From the IMG/VR virus record IMGVR_UViG_3300008116_000483, positions 1 to 25,634 of that record: DNA of 25,634 bases. One strand, given 5' to 3'. The notes under the pieces were generated by a model. It had not been told where the DNA came from and ran no database searches. It saw only the letters and a program-made list of their open reading frames with translations. The stretch's first letter is position 1, and every line of letters starts with the position of its first letter. A program made the position numbers and the translations under genes. This document shows, in pieces, positions 19,724 through 25,634 of the stretch. The DNA is from a virus. Taxonomy: Duplodnaviria; Caudoviricetes.

Positions 19724-19746
19724 AATCTTTATCGTTGATTGGTTAA

Positions 19747-20502
19747 TTAGAGAACCCAGTCATCTGAATCATCTACAGTTGCAACCTCTGAGGGAGCTAC
19801 CAGCTTCTCAGTATAGGGAGCAAGACGTAAATCTTCAGGATAAGCAGAGTTAAACCCACCATAATCAGAATTAAGCTCCTTCGTAAACATGTCATTACGC
19901 TGGGGCTTAAGTCTCCCAAAATGCTTCGTATAAGTCTGTTGATACTTTCCATCTTTTACCCCGAGAAGGATTCTTACACGGTTATCTTGAAGAGCCTCAA
20001 CAAGCTTCTTAAGCTCAGTGACATCACCCTTTACAATTTTATCAATCGTCTCAAGATAACAATCCCCATTCGAAGATACGTTACCCCAAGCTTTGATAAA
20101 GTTCAAAAGGACATCCTCTCCTGAGTAAGCTTTACGCTCTCCTTCAGCCTTAAACCAATCATATTTAGAAGATGGGGCTTCGTCAGACCAAGTAATTTGA
20201 CCACGATTGTTAACCCACATGAACTTACTCCCGTCCTTGCTAGCACGAGGAGTGTCCTTCATTAGAATCTCAACTCTAGTTGTAATATCAGGAGAGGTAT
20301 GTCTTACCCAAAAGCTCAACTTTGTGTACTTCTCCCCACTAAGTTCAATAGCATACTCAGGATCACGCTTTGTATTTACTCCGAGACTATTCAACTCATC
20401 AAGAGTAGGATTAATCGCCACTACTTGCATGGGGGCAATCCCGTAGTAGAGGTTAATACCTCCTACTACTTCCTCTTCACTTTTATTTGTGGCAATAGCC
20501 AT
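19747..20502 (-). CDS. Putative single-stranded DNA-binding/replication protein
   Basis: 251 aa between a Sak4-like ATPase and primase, ending in an SSB-type acidic/aromatic tail (DDSDDWVL). Function is inferred. Confidence 0.55.
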   Translation of the reverse strand: MAIATNKSEEEVVGGINLYYGIAPMQVVAINPTLDELNSLGVNTKRDPEYAIELSGEKYTKLSFWVRHTSPDITTRVEILMKDTPRASKDGSKFMWVNNRGQITWSDEAPSSKYDWFKAEGERKAYSGEDVLLNFIKAWGNVSSNGDCYLETIDKIVKGDVTELKKLVEALQDNRVRILLGVKDGKYQQTYTKHFGRLKPQRNDMFTKELNSDYGGFNSAYPEDLRLAPYTEKLVAPSEVATVDDSDDWVL

Positions 20503-20549
20503 TTTATTTATGTATTTTAAGGTTAATTAAATCAGTTAATTCAAGTAAT

Positions 20550-20882
20550 TCAGCTATTTACAGAGTACGAATCCCAAGGGGTCGTATCTTGCTCATCATC
20601 ATCTTCGTCATCTCCTGGGTCAGTAGCTTCAGAAACAGGAGCTTGTTCTTCAGTATCATCAACTAAGGTGAATTTTAGGATTTTTGAGCGCTTTACACGC
20701 TTTCCTGATAATTTTGGGTGCTGGAAGATCAATTTGGTCTCTTCTACAGAAAGATTGTACTTCTCTCTGATAGCTTTTCTATCCAATCCTGCATTTAAAT
20801 CTGCAAGGATTTGAGATACTGTGATAACTTGTTTTTGTTTCTCAACAACTTGAGGAACGTTTTGGATTTGCACGTCAATCAT
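20550..20882 (-). CDS. Small putative HTH DNA-binding protein with acidic tail
   Basis: ILADLNAGLDRKAIREKYNLSVEETKLIF is HTH-like. ATG 20882 preferred because the longer start overlaps the ATPase gene by about 95 nt. Confidence 0.55.
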   Translation of the reverse strand: MIDVQIQNVPQVVEKQKQVITVSQILADLNAGLDRKAIREKYNLSVEETKLIFQHPKLSGKRVKRSKILKFTLVDDTEEQAPVSEATDPGDDEDDDEQDTTPWDSYSVNS

Positions 20883-20901
20883 AACTGTGTTTGTTAAAGG
20901 G

Positions 20902-21600
20902 TTAGTCGATGAAGATTTTATCCCAATCAAAGGGAATTGTTTGACCTTTAAGGTGGTCACACCTAGAACCTGCATTTTGATCGTCCTTAGAATCAAATGA
21001 TACCATCATCTGATCTGACTCTCTGAATACATACCCAATTGCATCTGCATTTGCGCATGTAATGTTTCTGATTTTCCCAGTAAGATCTAAGTCCTTGCTT
21101 GATACCTCCTTTCCTTTCTTTTCAATCATCTTGTCTTTTAAATGACCTACTAAGATAACGTGAGGAGCTAGCTGAGATATCCTATCCAACCATTTCTTGT
21201 ACGCTATTCTAAGATACAGATACCCAGCACCCTGAGGTAATGAGAGAACAGATAGGCCTTTGTTATCTGAATCGAAGTTCTTCCCCATTTGGGTATTTCG
21301 ATACAGCTCTTTTGCCTCTTGTTCAGCCCATACTTCAAGCTGTGTGATTGTGTCGATAGCTACATACTTATAGGGTTTGTTCCCCTTGATAATGGCTTTC
21401 CCTATCTCACTTAATTCAGACAATGATGTGGCTTTGAGCTTTAGAGCACTAACCATATCACTCCCATCCTCAAGATCAATAATTAGACATCCATCTAGCT
21501 TTGACAAAATAGTGGTCTTCCCAATCTTTGGGGGACCATATATGACAATATTCTTTGGACTCTTTCTACTAGCTGGGATTACTTCTTTTGGAAGTTGCAT
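20902..21600 (-). CDS. AAA_24 / Sak4-like P-loop ATPase (putative recombinase)
   Basis: Walker A GPPKIGKT, IDLEDG, Walker B VAIDTIT, ILVGH, ADAIGY. Confidence 0.85.
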   Translation of the reverse strand: MQLPKEVIPASRKSPKNIVIYGPPKIGKTTILSKLDGCLIIDLEDGSDMVSALKLKATSLSELSEIGKAIIKGNKPYKYVAIDTITQLEVWAEQEAKELYRNTQMGKNFDSDNKGLSVLSLPQGAGYLYLRIAYKKWLDRISQLAPHVILVGHLKDKMIEKKGKEVSSKDLDLTGKIRNITCANADAIGYVFRESDQMMVSFDSKDDQNAGSRCDHLKGQTIPFDWDKIFID

Positions 21601-21613
21601 TAGATTGTGTTTA

Positions 21614-22579
21614 TTATGGTTTAGCTGGACGTTCCTCTATAGTGAATGTAGACAAATCAGTTTGAAAAGGTATTAAACCTAGTAGTCCATCACGATTCTT
21701 CTCGATGTGGCAAGCCAATAATCCTATAGGGTCTTCACCGCAATAACTGTCCGTTATATTATACAAATCATAGGGTCTTTGCATCATTAATACAACATGA
21801 GCATCCTGTCCAATAGAATCACCTCCAAATAAATCAGTCAGTAAAGGTTGGTACTGTTGCTTTGCACGAAACTCCTGTTCTATGTTTCTGTTGAGCTGCG
21901 ATAGCAGAATCGTAATTGTCTGCATCCTAGCTTGCAACCACATACATCCCTTAGATAGGGTATTTAGTTTCTGCAGTTCAGTATCCTCTCTCCCTAGAAC
22001 CAATCTACTATGATCAATCAAATTGATAACTGTCTTTGTTGGGTACTTCATAAATACTTTCTCATTCACTTTGCGAATCCTATCCATATCCTGAGGAACG
22101 TTACAAAAGAAGATAGGATAGGATCTGTACTTATCAACTGCGTTTACATAGGAATTGAATTTATTAAGGTCTAGTGTGGTATCAACTGACAGTAATTCAA
22201 ACGTTTGCAGTTTTGTATCCTTAGAACCAGCACGAAGAATCTGCTGCTCACCCGGCATCTCAAAACTCCAATACAATACAATCAACTCATTTTTATTCAG
22301 ATCTAAAGTATCGAAAATCAACTGATTGCTAAAAGCTGATTTCCCAACACCAGGACGACCTGCAACGACATACATCTTTCCTGGTTGTAGCCCACCCATG
22401 AGATTACGATTGAGTCTTTTCCATTTTGTGGGGAAGACCTTTCGTTTCCCATTCATAGAATCCTTTACATAGCTTATAGATTTATCTACTGATTTAGATA
22501 TATGTACTAACCCAGTAAATGCATCAAAGCTTTCTTGTGATTCTGTGTCCTGATTGTGATTGTTCGTGTTCTCCTGCAT
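21614..22579 (-). CDS. DnaB-like replicative helicase (C-terminal ATPase domain only)
   Basis: AGRPGVGKS, SFEM, LIDH, LLSQLNR, SIGQDA, KNRDG. Confidence 0.92.
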   Translation of the reverse strand: MQENTNNHNQDTESQESFDAFTGLVHISKSVDKSISYVKDSMNGKRKVFPTKWKRLNRNLMGGLQPGKMYVVAGRPGVGKSAFSNQLIFDTLDLNKNELIVLYWSFEMPGEQQILRAGSKDTKLQTFELLSVDTTLDLNKFNSYVNAVDKYRSYPIFFCNVPQDMDRIRKVNEKVFMKYPTKTVINLIDHSRLVLGREDTELQKLNTLSKGCMWLQARMQTITILLSQLNRNIEQEFRAKQQYQPLLTDLFGGDSIGQDAHVVLMMQRPYDLYNITDSYCGEDPIGLLACHIEKNRDGLLGLIPFQTDLSTFTIEERPAKP

Positions 22580-23090
22580 CGATACTTATGTATTTCTCCC
22601 ATGTGTGCTGATTTAACCACGTATCAAGATTCTGCATAAACTCCATCTGATTGCTCTTTCTGCGTATATCAAGCTCATTCTGCAAACCCTTAATAACTTC
22701 AGTATGCTTTGCGAAACTCTTCCCAACATACTTTTGATATCTACTTTTTGCTTTTTGATTTGATTGTACTTCAGGATCCTTTGCCCTCAGAACTCGAATA
22801 CCTCCTCCTCTAGTAGACACCTTTAGAGGAAAATGGGACAGAAGTTCAAACCACATTTGATCAAACGAGGTTTCCTGCACATGCTGAAAACCATATCTAA
22901 CCACATGGGATTTGATACCCTCTGCCCCAATTTTAATCAAGCCTTTGGTTTGCAGATCTTCTACAGAAACATTCAGATTTAAGCTTTCTAATTCTTCATA
23001 CTCTTGTAGGAAAATCAGATACAAATATACATATTCAGTGGGAGTTACGCAAAGTTTCTTGAGAACTTCGGTAGATATGTCTATCTGCAT
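22524..23090 (-). CDS. Putative replication initiator / helicase-associated protein
   Basis: F..MW...FPLK...KA and C-terminal TWLNQxxWE, as in phage replisome-organiser proteins. Directly upstream of the DnaB-like gene. Confidence 0.55.
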   Translation of the reverse strand: MQIDISTEVLKKLCVTPTEYVYLYLIFLQEYEELESLNLNVSVEDLQTKGLIKIGAEGIKSHVVRYGFQHVQETSFDQMWFELLSHFPLKVSTRGGGIRVLRAKDPEVQSNQKAKSRYQKYVGKSFAKHTEVIKGLQNELDIRRKSNQMEFMQNLDTWLNQHTWEKYISIDAGEHEQSQSGHRITRKL

Positions 23091-23091
23091 T

Positions 23092-24249
23092 TTATAACCA
23101 TATTACATTGCTCAGATTTCTAATTGCTGACTTTAACCATTTCTCTTCCTGAGAATCTTGCACATACAAAATGTATATCTTCCCAGTTTTATCCTTGTTT
23201 AGTCGCAGTAATCTCCCAACTCTCTGAATCATTGGGAGTGCTTTGCTATCCAAACCTGCAATAATCCCAACAGAAGCATCAGGGACATCAAATCCTTGAT
23301 TTAGAGCTTTTGTAGAACATAGAATCTTGTTCTCTCCACTCTTAAATCTATCAAGGACTGATACTCTTTCTTTCTTACCCTTGTTAGAGTGATAACTCTC
23401 TCCCCCAAGCTCATGAGCCATAGTATCTGTAAACTCATTTGTACCTGAGAATACTAGAATCTTATCTTCCTCATGTTTAGATATTAGCTCAGAGGCTTTA
23501 ATTACCTTATTTACAGCATGTTGTACTACATTCTTTCTAGCTTTAATAGAATTGTAGAACATAGCAGCAGCTGCTTTATCCCCAGCCATACTCCCACTCA
23601 TAATCCTTTTAGCGTTATCAAACGCATTAAACTGCCCAAGTCTGTACTTAGCATGCACAAATACATTGTTTGCTTTTACATACTCTTTACGTTCATCCTC
23701 TGACAGTTGTACAGGAATACAAATTATTGTATACGGAGATACGAGCCCAAGAGATACACATTTATCTAGAGAGATAAAGTATCTCAGAGGAGCCATCTTA
23801 AATAGATAATCTTTGTACTCTTCTTCCTCAGGGATAGTAGCAGTCATACACAATAACTTAGTGTATGTGTTATTCTCAAAGAATTTACGATAAACAGGGC
23901 TTAATCCTAAATGAATCTCATCACATACAACAATATCAAAGTGCTCATCTTGTAATTTATGTGCAGACTGATAACACATGATTGTTGTTTGTGGGAGAAC
24001 ATTCTCATAACCCCACTTTTTGAATTCCTCTTCGAATTGTGCTTGAAGTTGAGTTGTAGGGACCAGTACAATAGCCCTCTCTCCTTCTTTTAACAATTTC
24101 CCTATAGCTAGAATCCCACATCTAGATTTCCCAAAGCCTGTTCCTGCAATAATGCTTCCTAAGTAACCTGCTTTTGCCCAGGCATTAAGAGCATTACGTT
24201 GTTCTTGATCCTTGATCTGTAATACATCCATTGAAGTTATGTTAGTCAT
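23092..24249 (-). CDS. Superfamily 2 (DExH) helicase
   Basis: GTGFGKS, LVPT, DEIH, TAT, GFDVP, QRVGR. Confidence 0.92.
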   Translation of the reverse strand: MTNITSMDVLQIKDQEQRNALNAWAKAGYLGSIIAGTGFGKSRCGILAIGKLLKEGERAIVLVPTTQLQAQFEEEFKKWGYENVLPQTTIMCYQSAHKLQDEHFDIVVCDEIHLGLSPVYRKFFENNTYTKLLCMTATIPEEEEYKDYLFKMAPLRYFISLDKCVSLGLVSPYTIICIPVQLSEDERKEYVKANNVFVHAKYRLGQFNAFDNAKRIMSGSMAGDKAAAAMFYNSIKARKNVVQHAVNKVIKASELISKHEEDKILVFSGTNEFTDTMAHELGGESYHSNKGKKERVSVLDRFKSGENKILCSTKALNQGFDVPDASVGIIAGLDSKALPMIQRVGRLLRLNKDKTGKIYILYVQDSQEEKWLKSAIRNLSNVIWL

Positions 24250-24524
24250 TAATCATCATCTTTATAATCTTCCCAATCATCAAATTCCCTTTGTTTCTCT
24301 TCATGTTCTAAGATTTGTTTGTAAAATAAATCAAATACTGGTCTGGCAAGTAATCCGATTATATCCCATTGAGATATATTCCCTTTTTCATCGCATAAAT
24401 AGACCTCATGGATGTTAATTTGATCCGGTTCTGACGGCTCTTTATAACTCCATGTTTTTCCTGGGATAAATTCATACTCCACTATGAAAGGAATATCCCA
24501 AATCTCTACGGCAAGTGTGGGCAC
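24249..24524 (-). CDS. Hypothetical acidic protein (GTG start)
   Basis: 91-aa ORF coupled to the helicase by a TAATG overlap. Confidence 0.6.
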   Translation of the reverse strand: MPTLAVEIWDIPFIVEYEFIPGKTWSYKEPSEPDQINIHEVYLCDEKGNISQWDIIGLLARPVFDLFYKQILEHEEKQREFDDWEDYKDDD

Positions 24525-24906
24525 GGTAAGTGTGTTTTAATTGTTCTTCGACAAGTTCAATAGCCTTCTCATACTTAACCTTGAATGGGGGATATACTTT
24601 TAGTAAGTCCTCCGCTTGGTTATAGCTATGAAGGATTGTAGCATGATGTCTCTTCCCGAGATGCTTTGATATCTCTGTGTACGTTACTTTGAGTCTATCT
24701 CTGATAATTTTGATGGCTGCATGTCTTGCAAGGGCGACTCTGCTTGACCTGTTTTTACTGTAGATAGCCTCATATTGTACACCAAAAGCTTCTCCTGTAC
24801 ATCTAACAATCCCTTCAATTGTATTAACATCAGGGGTGTAATATTTAATGGCATAGGGTCTAATGAGATTAGGTAGGCCTAAATAAATCCAAGGGCTAAT
24901 ATTCAT
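24472..24906 (-). CDS. Stand-alone DnaA C-terminal (domain IV) HTH protein
   Basis: SKNRSSRVALARHAA...TYTEISKHLGKRHHATILHS matches the DnaA domain IV pattern (R...V..ARQ.AMY...SL.EIG..FG.RDH.TV.HA). Confidence 0.8.
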   Translation of the reverse strand: MNISPWIYLGLPNLIRPYAIKYYTPDVNTIEGIVRCTGEAFGVQYEAIYSKNRSSRVALARHAAIKIIRDRLKVTYTEISKHLGKRHHATILHSYNQAEDLLKVYPPFKVKYEKAIELVEEQLKHTYRAHTCRRDLGYSFHSGV

Positions 24907-24909
24907 TAT

Positions 24910-25101
24910 CTATGTAATGATTAGCTCAATTTTAGATACACTAGCTTTGTCTTTCCCAGTTCTAGTGTTGTAATGTGCCGCAAATTCAATTGCTTCTTGC
25001 GGTCTAAATGTCCCTAGGACAGCTTCTTTATCTATTATAACTACCCACAGATGTTGATCTTTAGATAGAGATAGAAAGAATTTTGCAAGTTGTTTAAACA
25101 T
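24910..25101 (-). CDS. Small hypothetical protein
   Basis: 63-aa ATG ORF ending 3 nt before the next start. Confidence 0.6.
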   Translation of the reverse strand: MFKQLAKFFLSLSKDQHLWVVIIDKEAVLGTFRPQEAIEFAAHYNTRTGKDKASVSKIELIIT

Positions 25102-25200
25102 AGCTTTGGTTTTAGGTTTAACATCCCTTTCGGGTATATTTCGGATTCCAATTCCAATATTGTACCCTTTTGGGTATAGTTGAGATCACAAATTGTGATT

Positions 25201-25359
25201 TCATTTTTTACTCTCTTTTTCTTTTTCAAGAAACTCTTGCCCCATAACTACAACACTCAATAATATCTCAATTGTGTGTTTTCCATACGTTGTACTTCCA
25301 TCAATGATAGCTGCACGTTGCCTAATCTTATCGATGAATTGTTCTAACTGTGTTTTCAT
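25201..25359 (-). CDS. Small hypothetical protein (52 aa, not in ORF track)
   Basis: Hand translation MKTQLEQFIDKIRQRAAIIDGSTTYGKHTIEILLSVVVMGQEFLEKEKESKK*. Confidence 0.6.
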   Translation of the reverse strand: MKTQLEQFIDKIRQRAAIIDGSTTYGKHTIEILLSVVVMGQEFLEKEKESKK

Positions 25360-25545
25360 TAGTCCTTCTTGTCCGGGTCAATCCTTATAGTACTCTTCTT
25401 CCCAGCCGCATTTATTCTCGTCACAGTAGCAATCTCCACGGTGAGCATCCCAATAATCCTCACCATCTTCAAACACCTTTCCGCAATGCTTGCACCTTTC
25501 GATTGTTTGTGTCCTGCGTTTCATTAGTCCTCTTTGTTGGGGTCA
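25354..25545. repeat. Imperfect 27-bp direct repeat pair (25354-25380 and 25519-25545)
   Basis: TTTCATTAGTCCttcTTGTccGGGTCA vs TTTCATTAGTCCtctTTGTtgGGGTCA, 23/27 identical. Confidence 0.75.
25378..25524 (-). CDS. Small Cys-rich putative zinc-binding protein (48 aa, not in ORF track)
   Basis: Hand translation MKRRTQTIERCKHCGKVFEDGEDYWDAHRGDCYCDENKCGWEEEYYKD*; TAATG-coupled to the upstream gene. Confidence 0.6.
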   Translation of the reverse strand: MKRRTQTIERCKHCGKVFEDGEDYWDAHRGDCYCDENKCGWEEEYYKD

Positions 25546-25634
25546 TGAGCATTAACAAGGTCAAATTGATCACCAATCTCCCTCAATGCGCCTCCTAAAA
25601 TCTTTGCAAGATTTCTAACTGCCTCAAGTTCAAG
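25524..25634 (-). CDS. C-terminal end of a gene starting beyond the window
   Basis: Open frame LELEAVRNLAKILGGALREIGDQFDLVNAHDPNKED*, with the stop overlapping the next ATG. Confidence 0.55.
   Translation of the reverse strand, partial: LELEAVRNLAKILGGALREIGDQFDLVNAHDPNKED

Larger units (their letters stand above)
1..25634. mobile_element. Fragment of a crAss-like (Crassvirales-related) bacteriophage genome
   Basis: Giant virion RNAP with DFDxD motif next to other giant genes, converging on a replication block (primase, DnaB, AAA_24, SF2 helicase, rIIA/B, UDG). No host housekeeping genes. A-rich leaders mostly lacking Shine-Dalgarno motifs (ttaaagaaaaaATG, cataaataaaATG, aaataaaaatcATG) fit a Bacteroidota host (inference). 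Confidence 0.88.

Noticed and set aside
451-24249. Inteins or self-splicing introns in RNAP, helicases or primase
   Set aside because: No intein C...HN boundaries, homing-endonuclease motifs or interrupted frames seen.
11508-24418. Short + strand ORFs and nested - strand ORFs (18861, 19272) within the replication block
   Set aside because: They overlap well-supported genes and appear to be shadow frames.
25041-25229. 62-aa TTG-start ORF
   Set aside because: Overlaps two better ATG ORFs and spans a repeat/palindrome-rich, probably regulatory segment.
25350-25598. 82-aa + strand ORF
   Set aside because: Antisense to a coupled run of small - strand ORFs.
1-25634. Stop-codon reassignment (TAG or TGA), known in some crAss-like phages
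   Set aside because: All long genes are intact under the standard code and tile the window; no fragmentation needs explaining.
1-25634. CRISPR arrays, tRNA/rRNA genes, integrase, DNA polymerase
   Set aside because: None recognisable; intergenic gaps are under about 100 bp and show no cloverleaf or repeat-spacer structure.

Overview
AT-rich, densely coding fragment of a crAss-like (Crassvirales-related, probably Bacteroidota-infecting) tailed phage genome, read in the standard code. The + strand (1-11377) carries the end of the virion 'cargo' block: the C-terminus of one large protein, a 2358-aa virion RNA polymerase (GYRIPxQ...GSDFDWDK) with an N-terminal ADP-ribosyltransferase-like module, and a 1271-aa putative ejection protein. 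This block converges, at a double hairpin terminator (11386-11450), on a - strand DNA replication/metabolism block. In order of transcription that block holds small ORFs, a DnaA domain IV protein, an SF2 helicase, an initiator-like protein, a DnaB-like helicase, a Sak4-like ATPase, an SSB-like protein, a primase, a PD-(D/E)XK nuclease, rIIA/rIIB-like proteins, a 5'-3' exonuclease, uracil-DNA glycosylase and a DUF1599 protein. The most striking pattern is that the three consecutive giant proteins are almost Cys-free, yet have Cys residues at their facing termini, suggesting a head-to-tail linked ejection chain. All assignments are from motif recognition by eye; no database searches were run.
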